From: Selaginella moellendorffii
Lineage: Eukaryota > Plantae > Lycopodiophyta
Assembly (NCBI RefSeq): GCF_000143415.4
Contig: NW_003314282.1
Location: forward strand, 759,872-823,871
DNA length: 64,000 bases
Reading direction: 5' to 3'
The notes beneath the pieces were generated by a model. It worked only from the letters and a program-made list of their open reading frames with translations. It did not search any database and was not told where the DNA came from. Position 1 is the stretch's first letter; each line of letters opens with the position of its first letter. A program made the position numbers and the translations under genes. Positions 38,386-50,139 of this stretch are shown here, one piece after another.

Positions 38386-38462
38386 GTCAACGGTCCCGAG
38401 GCAAAAAAGGCGGGAAACTTTCCTTAGAATATCCTCCGGCGCCCGTAAGGCATATTCTCTGT

Positions 38463-38500
38463 AGAAGGCTCTAGAAGAACTGGACGGCCTTGGTATATAG
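38463..38500 (+). promoter_or_regulatory. Heat-shock element and TATA box of HSP90
   Basis: aGAAg-gCTCt-aGAAg (nGAAn-nTTCn-nGAAn, one mismatch) at 38463-38477; TATATA at 38494. Confidence 0.65.
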
Positions 38501-38543
38501 CTAGGGTTATTTGTGCAGAGGTCGCAGTTTGGCTTTGTGAGCA

Positions 38544-40913
38544 ATGGCGGAAAGCGATAGCGATGTTGAGCGCTTTGCCTTCCAGGCGGAGATCAACCAG
38601 CTTCTCAGTCTCATCATCAACACCTTCTACAGCAACAAGGAGATCTTCTTGCGGGAGCTCATCAGCAATGCCTCGGATGTGAGTGTTAGATGCTCGTTCG
38701 GCGATATTTTACTGCTATTCTCATCGATCTTTGCCTTCTTTCTGCGATTTCTCACCGATCTTTGCATTCTTTCTGCGATTTCCAGGCTCTCGACAAGATC
38801 CGGTTCGAAGGGCTGACTGACAAGAGCAAGCTCGAGAGCCAGCCGGAGCTTTTCATCCACATCGTTCCGGACAAGGCGAGCAAGACCCTGAGCATCATCG
38901 ATAGCGGCATCGGGATGACAAAGTCCGGTGAGTTTGAGATTCTAGAAATTCCAGATTTCTAGACTGAGGTCTTTTTTCTAGATTTTTGTCTGACTCGAGC
39001 TTGTTTTGTCAGATCTCGTGAACAATCTGGGTACCATCGCCCGGTCTGGCACGAAGGAGTTCATGGAGGCTCTGGCTGCCGGCGCCGATGTGTCGATGAT
39101 CGGTCAGTTTGGTGTTGGGTTCTACTCGGCGTACCTGGTGGCCGAGAAGGTTGTCGTGACGACCAAGCACAACGATGACGAGCAGTACATCTGGGAGTCT
39201 GAGGCCGGTGGTTCTTTCACTGTGACTCGCGATACCACTGGTGAGAGGCTGGGTCGTGGAACCAAGATTGTTCTCTATCTCAAGGAAGACCAGGTATGCG
39301 TTTCTATTTCATCGATGTGAAACAAGTACTTACTTTGATTTTGGTTGGCACAGCTTGAGTACCTTGAAGAGAGGAAGCTCAAGGATCTCATCAAGAAGCA
39401 CTCCGAGTTTATCAGCTATCCCATCTCCGTCTGGATCGAGAAGACTACTGACAAGGAGATCTCGGACGACGAGGAGGAAGAGGAGAAGAAGGATGACGAG
39501 GAGGGGAAGATCGAGGAGGTCGATGAAGAGAAGGAGAAGGAAAAGAAGAAGAAGAAGACGGTGAAGGAGGTGTCTCACGAGTGGAGCCACGTAAACACTC
39601 AGAAGCCCATCTGGATGAGGAAGACCGATGAGATCACCAAGGAGGAGTATGGGGCCTTCTACAAGAGCCTGACCAACGACTGGGAGGACCATCTCGCGGT
39701 GAAGCACTTCGCCGTGGAGGGGCAGCTAGAGTTCCGGGCCATCCTCTTCGTTCCCAAGAGGGCTCCCTTTGATCTCTTCGACACGAGGAAGAAGCTCAAC
39801 AACATCAAGCTCTACGTGCGGCGGGTGTTCATCATGGACAACTGTGAGGAGATCATCCCCGAGTACCTGGCCTTCGTCAAGGGCGTGGTGGACTCGAACG
39901 ACTTGCCGCTCAACATCTCCCGCGAGATGCTCCAGCAGAACAAGATCCTCAAGGTGATCCGGAAGAACCTGGTGAAGAAATGTCTGGAGATGTTCGCCGA
40001 GATCGCAGAGAACAAGGAGGACTACAACAAGTTCTACGAGGCTTTCGCGAAGAACATCAAGCTGGGGATCCATGAGGACAGCCAGAACCGGCAGAAGCTG
40101 GCCGACTTGCTGCGCTACCACTCGACCAAGAGCGGCGACGAGATGACGAGCCTCAAGGACTACGTGACCCGGATGAAGGAGAACCAAAAGGACATCTTCT
40201 ATATCACCGGCGAGAGCAAGAAGGCGGTCGAAAACTCTCCCTTCCTGGAGAGGCTCAAGCGCAAGGGGTACGAGGTTCTCTATATGGTGGACGCGATCGA
40301 CGAGTACGCAGTGGGGCAGCTCAAGGAGTACGATGGTAAGAAGCTCGTCTCGGCCACCAAGGAGGGATTGAAGCTCGAGGACACCGACGACGAGAAGAAG
40401 AAGTTCGAGGAAAAGAAGGCGGCGTTTGAGGGGCTGTGCAAGGTGGTGAAGGACATCCTGGGCGAGAAGGTTGAGAAGGTGGTGGTCTCGGACAGGATTG
40501 TGGATTCGCCGTGCTGCCTGGTTACCGGCGAGTATGGCTGGACCGCCAACATGGAGAGGATCATGAAGGCTCAGGCGCTCCGGGACAGCTCCATGTCGAG
40601 CTACATGAGCTCGAAGAAGACGATGGAGATCAATCCGGACAACTCGATCATGGAGGAGCTGAGGAAGCGGGCGGACGCGGACAAGAATGACAAGGCGGTG
40701 AAGGATCTGGTGCTGCTGCTGTTCGAGACGGCGCTGCTCACGTCGGGATTCAGCCTGGATGATCCCAACACTTTTGGATCCAGGATCCATCGCATGCTCA
40801 AGCTGGGGCTGAGCATCGACGATGATGTGAGTGGCGATGCCGCTGACGTTGAGATGCCGCCGCTCGAGGAAGGGAACGATGCCGAGGGGAGCAAGATGGA
40901 GGAAGTCGACTGA
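38544..40913 (+). CDS. HSP90: Cytosolic heat shock protein 90 (4 exons)
   Basis: [50 protein letters not shown], and C-terminal MEEVD. Confidence 0.99.
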
Positions 40914-41321
40914 ACAACGCACACTAATTTTTTTTCCATTCGACACGATTTTTGTTTAGAGAAAGGTTTCGTTTAAAAGTTAATTGATTGTTAAGTGGAT
41001 TTCTCCAATCCATTTTCAAATCTTAACCCTACATATATTTCCCGCTAGAAAGAAAATTTTGGGCGGGAGACCAAATTTTCTTTGGTCTCCCAGAAATTTT
41101 CTGGGACGCCCGGCAGCGATCCAAAGGTGGAATCTTGTCAATCCAGGAAAGAGAATGCGCCAGCGGTAGACTGACATAGAAATCTGGTGGTAGCTACATG
41201 GACGCTGTCTAACACTTTTCTACCCGCACGAGCAAAGATCGTATCGATTCTTTGATTGGTCTTCGTAAGAAAATCTTTCATTTCATTGAGTCGTGCCTTT
41301 TATATCAATATCAAAATAACA

Positions 41322-41903
41322 TCAATAGAGTGATGTCGTAAAGGAGACGGTTTGGAGAGGGCTTCCACAGTGGTATTGCTGGATGATGTCAGCCAGTGAG
41401 TTGACAAGTCGACTATCCATGGGCTTCACCAAGGGATTCCTCTGTAGTACAAGCACGAAATCATAGGTGTGGTTCCTTGCATTGAATGGATTTGGGTATG
41501 GAATGTTCTTGCTGGTGTTGGAAGGAGATACATAAGGCTCCAAAATGCTGCCCTTCACAGCTCCTGTACCAAGCCACCATGATTTGTAAAGATTTGTAAA
41601 CCAAAATATATATTACTTACCAGTGCTGCCGGCTGGAATGTTTGCAATCCAAAAGTTGATGTAGGGATAAACTTTATTTGACGCTACCAATGCCTTTTGA
41701 TCTGCCATGACCACCGAGAAGAGACGAGTAGTGCCATTCTTCCCAAATCCTTCAATGTCAACTGTAGGGGCAGAATCAGTGCTGCTCAATGAGACGAAGT
41801 TGCCATTCCCGACAGTGGTGGAGCCATATTGTACAAGCAAACCCACACTAACTTGAATCAGAAAGAAGCAGAGAACGAAGCAAAACACCACTGAAGTTGC
41901 CAT
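41322..41903 (-). CDS. Secreted divergent PEBP-fold protein, copy F
   Basis: Two exons, intact; P changed to L in VLVLQ. Confidence 0.8.
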
Positions 41904-42143
41904 TAAAAAATGGATTGATGAATTGATGTTTTATGTTGAGAATTTCTTTGAGATTTATACAAAAGGCCATAGTTAATTCTGTCCACGCCTTTGATAAATT
42001 GTGCAAGCTTTCTAAAATTCTAGTGAACCAAATGGTCTTAAGTTTATAATAAGAATGGTATAGGTTGAAATTAGAAAACACCAAGAAAAAACTTAAATAT
42101 ATAATTAGAAAGTATTTGCATATAAAGACATACACAACTTCCC

Positions 42144-42506
42144 TTACATGATGCCTTCACCTGCAAAGAACAAAAGCATAACAAATTTTAGTGACTACAA
42201 ACACTTTGATCATAGAACTTAATCCTCTGGGAGCACTACTTGACAGGGCTCCACATATCTCTTCATTGTTTCTTTGGCAAGAACACCAGTAGAAGAAACA
42301 ATGAGTGAACACAAGCAGTTGTGGCCTAGAACATTCACTGCTTTGCAACAATTGACGTCGGGATGCTCAAAAACAGTGCCAGATGCCACACACGGGACGC
42401 ATTCTTTGAGAAGATGAGCTCCATCGCACTGAGAAGTCCCCCAATTGGGGAAATGGCCAATTGAAACCAAGCTGAGGACAAGAAGCTGTAGAGCTTTAGA
42501 ATCCAT
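42144..42506 (-). pseudogene. nsLTP-like gene A, copy e (truncated)
   Basis: An 8-nt deletion removes the splice donor and creates TAA after LPED, so the last Cys is lost. Confidence 0.75.
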
Positions 42507-44466
42507 TAGAAGCAACTCTACAGGTAGCAGCAAGCGAGCCTATTACAAGTAAAAACATGTGAGTTGGTTTGACAAAACGAGCTACATTGTGATCAAAGTA
42601 ACGGACTTTTATCGCATATGAAGATTTTAAAAATACAAGAGAAATATTTTACTAGGACCAGTAAGAAACAAGAACCTTGTCACTCTCTCTTAGCTTGTTG
42701 CAACTTGCTTAGTCGAACAACTGTACATTGCCTGCCCAAACCCAACTTTTGCCTATAGTCTTTCGCCTATTATAGCAAACATGGCCGAAGTGCAAAGGAA
42801 AATTCCCGATCGAAGTCTCTTTCCCCGTGATGATAGCTCAGCAGATAGATGGATATTCACGCGCTTTAAAGAGATGCCACAACTGAGCCTTAGTCAGACA
42901 AGAGCCCGGACGGTTTCTAAATCATGATCATCGGTTGCGCATCGCCACCCTTCTTATTTCTTTTCTATCCACTTGCCTGAGCCTGTCTCCAAAAGTACAC
43001 GCATTTGTTGCCAAGTTCTCCTTTCTTATAGTTCCATCATGGAGCAAGAAAGGTATACATACGCCCTTGGGATCACATATGTATATGTCTATATGCCTTG
43101 ACGAGAAAATTGGTAGAGTTATATAGCTGATTCATACTTGGACCTCTTGAACTGTTGGATCGATTTTTGGAGCACGAAACACAGTATAGCAAACGTAATG
43201 TGGGATCCTCGAGGCCTCTGCTTGTATTTGAGGTGCCGATCAGACATTAATGGTGTTTAAGCACTATCTCATTTTCGCCATCAAGCATTCCAATGGCGAG
43301 CGCAAAATGGTTGGGTGCTGTGGAGGTAGAAGAAGATATGGTCTCTTTGGTGATAAACAATCCCTAGAGGAAGCCTTCGGAAAAAAAAAACGCGCGCTGA
43401 AGCCTCATGTCAGATGTGTGCAAAACAAAATCAATATCATAGCTGCTTGACGATTTTATGGCTTTGACAAAGTCGTACCTAGAGTGAGATTCTATATCCA
43501 TCAAGTCAATCAATACCCAAAGGAAGGAACATCCTTAGATCTGGGAAGATGTCAGCAAATCTTTCAATACTTGGGGAGTAGAGGATGGGAGGAGCCAATT
43601 CCACAATCGGCTCTTCCGCGAATATGGATGCCGTGTTCACTGTGCAGCCATCCAGCGCAGCTCCACCTCGAAAAGGAGGAGGTGATCGTGCACTATCTAC
43701 ACCCTACACAAAATAAGATTAAACATGGCGAACTCTTAGCTCACTGAGCGGCTGCGGCATTGGAGGTTTTGAGCTGGCGAGATCCAGAGCTCCTCTGGAT
43801 CGTTTCGAGTGTGCTCGCAATCTCTTTGAAAGCCTTCCAACCGTCCAAGTTTTCCATCGGTGAATCGTCTGGCTCCAGAGGATCAAAGTTTCAAAGGAAC
43901 TGCACGAAGAAAGCCGGAAGAATCCCTGGGATCCAACAACGCGTGCTAGGAAGCAGACCGTGATCCAGCCAAAGGAAGCGCTCATCTCGTCCCTGTAGTT
44001 CTTTGATTTTTCTGGAACAAGTTCTAGAGTTTTGTTCTTTGATCTTTGGCAAGCTCAGCAGCTCGACGCTCCGGAGAGCTCGCTCGACTTTGAGCAGCTC
44101 AGCGCGAAGTACACGTAGCTCCAGCAGGATCACCACTCCGTGTGCCACCAGCGAGACGTGCTGCTCCAGCAATTCCCGGATCTTCAAGATCAAGGTGAAA
44201 GGCCATATCCATTTGTTCACAGAAGGGGTAGAGTTCCAATTCATGTCGGTTCCAATTCGTGTTTAATGGTCGAGAGAGCTCGTCTTGTAGTGTATTTAGT
44301 CTTGAGCATCCGTAGACTGGAATGGAGGGCGTTCCGAGAGTCGACCTCGCAGAAAATACGTTCTTACAACGTATCTGTACATTTAGTAAATTGCGTGTGT
44401 CGGTAGGCTACAGTCCCCTGTATGCCAAAGCTGCAAAAGGTGCTGCCATGCAACACGAGGCAAAGA

Positions 44467-44503
44467 CGCCACTCGGGGGATTCGAACCCCCAACCCAAAG
44501 GTT
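44467..44503 (-). pseudogene. tRNA 3'-half, second copy (third at 49683-49718)
   Basis: Reverse complement aacctttgggttgggggttcgaatcccccgagtggcg, with a perfect GGGGG/CCCCC T-stem. Confidence 0.55.
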
Positions 44504-45008
44504 CTAGTTGTATGGCTCTAGGCAAATCTTCTAGAATAATGAGCTCCATTTCTCACATATTTTTTCGAAACCAGATATTAGCACGATTCTTATACTACCT
44601 TGGAAACTGCAACAGAGCCTCCTCGTCATGATACTTCAAGAGCATCCTGAACGTGAAGCCGATGTTATGCTTTATGCTGACAAGCACCCAATGTCCCTGT
44701 TCTTCCTAGACAAGCGTACATCAAAGGCATCACACATGTATCTCTTCGACAAGAGACGTTTATGGAATGCACTCCTGGCGTGGATGTGATCAACAGAGCA
44801 GCACCATGGGGATAAATTTCGGCAGCGATCCAAAGGTGGAATCTAAGAGCGGTAGACTGACATAGAAATCTGGTGGTAGCTACATGGCTTGTTGTCTAAC
44901 ACTTGTCTACCCGCACAAGCAAAGATCGCATCGATTCTTTGATTGGTCTTAATAAAAAAATCTTTCATTTCATTGAGTCGTGCCTTTTATATCAATATCA
45001 AAATAACA

Positions 45009-45588
45009 TCAATAGAGTGATGTCGTAAAGGAGACGGTTTGGAGAGGGCTTCCACAGTGGTATTGCTGAATGATGTCAGCTAGTGAGTTGACAAGTCGAC
45101 TATCCATGGGCTTCACCAAGGGATTCCTCTGTGGTACAAGCACGAAATCATAGGTGTGGTTCCTTGCATTGAATGGATTTGGGTATGGAATGTTCTTGCT
45201 GGTGTTGGAAGGAGATACATAAGGCTCCAAAATGCTGCCCTTTACAGCTCCTGCCAAACCACAGTGATTTGTAGAGATTTGTAGACCAAAATATATATTA
45301 CTTACCAGTGCTGCCGGCTGGAATGTTTGCAATCCAAAAGTTGATGTAGGGATAAACTTTATTTGATGCTACCAATGCCTTTTGATCTGCCATGACCACC
45401 GAGAAGAGACGAGTAGTGCCATTCTTCCCAAATCCTTCAATGTCAACTGTAGGGGCAGAATCAGTGCTGCTCAATGAGACGAAGTTGCCATTCCCGACAG
45501 TGGTGGAGCCATATTGTACAAGCAAACCCACACTAACTTGAATCAGAAAGAAGCAGAGAACGAAGCAAAACACCACTGAAGTTGCCAT
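45009..45588 (-). CDS. Secreted divergent PEBP-fold protein, copy G
   Basis: Two exons, intact. Confidence 0.8.
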
Positions 45589-45838
45589 TAAAAAATGGAT
45601 TGATGAATTGATGTTTTATGTTGAGAATTTCTTTGAGATTTATACAAAAGGCCATAGTTAATTCTGTCCATGCCTTTGATAAATTGTGCAAGCTTTCTAA
45701 AATTCTAGTGAACCAAATGCTCTTAAGTTTATAATAAGAATGGTATAGGCTGAAATTAGAAAACACCAAGAACAAACTTGCATATAAATACGTATATAAC
45801 TAGAAAGTATTTGCATATAAATACATACACAACTTCCC

Positions 45839-46209
45839 TTACATGATGCCTTCACCTGCAAAGAACAAAAGCATAACAAATTTTAGTGACTACAAACACT
45901 TTGATCATAGAACTTACATTGGTAATCCTCTGGGAGCACTACTTGACAGGACTCTACATATCTCTTCATTGTTTCTTTGGCAAGAACACCAGTAGAAGAA
46001 ACAATGAGTGAACACAAGCAGTTGTGGCCTAGAACATCCACTGCTTTGCAACAATTGACGTCGGGATGCTCAAGAACAGTGCCAGATGCCACACACGGGA
46101 CGCATTCTTTGAGAAGATGAGCTCGATCGCACTGAGAAGTCCCCCAATTGGGTAAATGGCCAATTGAAACGAAGCTGAGGACAAGAAGCTGTAGTGCTTT
46201 AGAATCCAT
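45839..46209 (-). CDS. nsLTP-like secreted protein A, copy f, intact
   Basis: Same two-exon structure as 29939-30308. Confidence 0.85.
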
Positions 46210-46580
46210 TAGAGGCAACTCCACAGGTAGCAGCAAGGAAGCCTATAACAAGTACAAACATGTGAGATTGTTTGACAAAACGAGCTACATTGTAATCAAA
46301 GTAATGGACTTTTATCGCATATGAAGATTTTTAAAATACAAGCGAAATATTTTACTCGGACCAGTAGGAAATAAGAACCTTTGTCACTCTCTCTTAGGTT
46401 GTTGCAACTTGCTTAGTCAAACAACTGTACATTGCATGCCCAAACCCAACTTTTGCCCATAGTCTTTCGCCAATTATAGCGAAAATGGCCGAAGTGCGAA
46501 GGAAAATTGACGATCGAAGTCTCTTCCCTCGTGACCATAGCTCAGCAGATAGATAGATATTCAAGTCTTCTCTGGTCTCC

Positions 46581-46845
46581 AGCTGGGGCGATGCCGCCGA
46601 CGTTGAGATGACGCCGCTCGAGGAAGGGAACGATGCCGAGGGGAGCAAGATGGAGGAAGTCGACAAACTAATTTTTTTTTTCCATTCCACCCACTAAGAA
46701 CGATTTTTGCTAAGAGAAAGTTTCCGTTTAAAAGTTAGTGGATTGTTAAGTAGGGTTCTTGCTTCTACATATATTTCCCGCTAGAAAGGAAATTTTGGGC
46801 GCGGAGTGGATTCTAGTGTCAATCCAGGAAAGAGAATGTGGCCGC
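46581..46845 (+). pseudogene. HSP90: Duplicated HSP90 3' end and 3' flank
   Basis: [26 protein letters not shown] plus downstream sequence matching 40830-41160. Confidence 0.9.
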
Positions 46846-47939
46846 TGTAGAATCAATTGGATCGACCGATAACAGTGAGGTGGAGGAGGCGCCGCGAGCT
46901 CCAGTGAGTGCAGTGGTGGGACTGGACCAGCTCAAGACAACTATGGTTTCATAAGGTTGAGTTTTTTCTTTCTTTGTTCGATGATCGTGCATTTCGGATC
47001 ATTCGTCCCGGTTGCTGAGCGCTCTTTCGCTCGGGCATTGGTCGCCGAGATCCCTGAGCTCGCCCAGTGGATTTGACATCGAGGCTGGGAGTAGTCATGC
47101 TGATAGACTTTACGAAATTGTATGAACAAGTCAAGGTCAAGGTGATGCTTCTACTTCGATCTGGAACTAAGCTCTTATTCTCTGTGCTTTCTTCTTCTCA
47201 GGTCTGGTACGGAGCTGGACGTCGTAGACAAGACGAGAGCAAGTATGAAGGCCTTGGAGACCGAGATAACTGTGGCGGTCCAAAGCTTCGCCAGCCTCGA
47301 CAGAAGATCACGGACCAAGAAATGCTTCCGCAACTTTTGGAAAGGTACTTGCGTTTTTCGTCACGGCAACTCACATCACATTGTTGTTTGGATTCGATCA
47401 CAGGCTTGCCGTCATTTGGAAGAACTACTTGTCTTGCCAGTCGAAAGTCTTACCTCCCAACTTCTTCTTCTTCCTCTTCTTCTTTGGCCAGTTTGTCCTG
47501 GCAGCGTGAGGAGAGCATCCTGAACGCTTTATGCTGACAAGCGCCCAATGTCCCTATTCTTCCTAGACAAAGCTTGTAAGAGTACATCAAAGGCATCACA
47601 TGTATTCTTCGACAAGAAGAGACGTTTATGGAATGCACTCTTGGCGTGGGATTTGATCAACAAAGCCCATGGGGCTAAAACTTCTACTTAACAACGTCCA
47701 GCTCCAGCAAGTCCCGGATATTCAAGACCAGTTCAGAGCTTCCGATGAGATCCACTCGCAGATTGCACAATTACAACACATAGAATGGACTCTTGGCGTG
47801 GACGTGATCAACAGGATCATCACAAGCAGCACCATGAGGATAAACTTCGCAAAAGAAAGATGGCCTTTTTCCATAAATGGAAATTCTAGTACGTTCAATT
47901 CATTGAGTCATGCCTCTTATATCAATAAAAACAATAATA

Positions 47940-48521
47940 TCAATGGAGTGAGGTCGTGAAGGAGACGGTTTGGAGAGGGCTTCCACAGTGGTATTGCTGA
48001 ACGATATCAGCTAGCGAGTTGACAAGTCGACTATCCATGGGCTTCACCAAGGGATTCCTCTGTGGTACAAGCACGAAATCATAGGTGTGGTTCCTTGCAT
48101 TGAATGGATTTGGATATGGAATGTTCTTGCTGGTGTTGGAAGGAGATACATAAGGCTCCAAAATGCTGCCCTTCACAGCTCCTGTACCAAGCCACCATGA
48201 CTTGTAAAGATTTGTAAACCAAAATAAATATTACTTACCAGTGCTGCCGGCTGGAATGTTTGCAATCCAAAAGTTGATGTAGGGATAAACTTTATTTGAC
48301 GCTACCAATGCCTTTTGATCTGCCATGACCACCGAGAAGAGACGAGTAGTGCCATTCTTCCCAAATCCTTCAATGTCAACTGTAGGGGCTGAACCAGTGC
48401 TGCTCAATGAGACGAAGTTGCCATTCCCGACTGTGGTGGAGCCATATTGTACAAGCAAACCCACACTAACTTGAACCAGAAAGGAGCAGAGAACGAAGCA
48501 AAACACGACTGAAGTTGCCAT
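47940..48521 (-). CDS. Secreted divergent PEBP-fold protein, copy H
   Basis: Two exons, intact. Confidence 0.8.
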
Positions 48522-48732
48522 TAAAAAATGGATTGATGAATTGATGTTTTATGTTGAGAATTTCTTTGAGATTTATACAAAAGCCAAAAGTTAATTCTGT
48601 GCAAGTTTTCTAAAAATCTAGTGAACCAAATGGTCTTAAGTTTATAATAAGAATGGTACAGGTTGAAATTAAAATTCAACTTGCATAGAAATACGTATAT
48701 AACTAGAAAGTATACATGTATCCATACTTACA

Positions 48733-49103
48733 TTACATGATGCCTTCACCTGCAAAGAACAATAGCATAACAAATTTTAGTGACTACAAACACTTTGATC
48801 ATAGAACTTACATTGGTAATCCTCTGGGGGCACTACTTGACAGGACTCTACATATCTCTTCATTGTTGTTTTGGCAAGAACACCAGTAGAAGAAACAATG
48901 AGTGAACACAAGCAGTTGTGGCCGAGAGCATTCACTGCTTTGCAACAATTGACGTCGGGATGCTCAAGAACAGTGCCAGATGCCACACACGGGACGCATT
49001 CTTTGAGAAGATGAGCTCGATCGCACTGAGAAGTCCCGCAATTGGGGAAATGGCCAATTGAAACCAAGCTGAGGATAAGAAGCTGTAGTGCTTTAGAATC
49101 CAT
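48733..49103 (-). CDS. nsLTP-like secreted protein A, copy g, intact
   Basis: Same two-exon structure; all cysteines present. Confidence 0.85.
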
Positions 49104-50139
49104 TAGAGGCAGCTCCACAGGTAGCAGCAAGGAAGCCTAGTTCTTAGCTAACAAGGAAAAACATGTGAGTTGGTTTGACAAAACGAGCTACATTGTTATC
49201 AAAGTAATGGACTTTTATCGCATATGAAGATTTTAGAAATACAAGTTTTAGAGTTATGTTTTTTGATCTTTGGCAAGCTCAGCAGCTCGAGGCTCCGGAG
49301 AGCTCAGCTCAGCGCGAAGTACACGTAGCTCCAGCAGGATCACCACTCCGTGTGCCACCAGGTTGACGTGCTGCTCCAGCAACTTCAAGATCAAGGTGAA
49401 AGGTCATATCCGTTTGTTTACAGAAGGGGTAGAGTTCCAATTCATGTCGGTTCCAATTCGTGTTTAACATGATCGAGAGAGCTCGTCTTGTAGTGTATCG
49501 CCACAAACGTAGTCTTGAGCATCCATAGACTGGAATGGAGGGCGAGAGTCGACCTCGCAGAAAATACGTTCTTACAGCGTATCCGTACATTTAGTAAATG
49601 TGAATGTTGCGTGTGTCGGTAGGCTACAGTCCCCTGTATGCCGAAGCTGCAAAAGGTGCTGCCATGCAACACAAGGCAAAGACGCCACTCGGGGGATTCG
49701 AACCCCCAACCCAAAGGTCCTAGTTGTATGGCTCTAGGCAAATCTTCTTTTCTCACATAGTTCATCCAGATATTAGCATGATTCTTATACTACCTTGGAA
49801 ACTGCAACAGCGCCTCCTCATCATGATACTTCAAGAGCATCCTGAACATGAAGCGGATGTTATGCTTTATGTTGACATAACATAAAGTCCAATGTCCCTG
49901 TTCTTCCTGGACAAAGCTTGTAAAGCGTACATCAAAGGCATCACACATGTATTCTTCGACAACTGGCGTGGATGTGATCAACAAAGCAGCACCATGGGGA
50001 TAAATTTCGTGAAAGAAAGATGGACTAATCGGAAGTTCTACTTAACGACGTCCAGCTCCAGCAAGTCCCGGATATTCAAGACCAGTTCAGAGCTTCCGAC
50101 GAGCTCCACTCATAGATTGCGCGATTACAACTCATACGG

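Noticed and set aside
39726-40946. 406-aa minus-strand ORF
   Set aside because: Antisense shadow of the GC3-rich HSP90 exon. The same applies to 19535-20452, 17235-18038, 18183-18821 and 56491-57000.
16244-48521. Labelling the PEBP copies as FT, TFL1 or MFT
   Set aside because: DPDxP and GxHR motifs are absent, a signal peptide is present and there is only one intron; orthology is not supportable.
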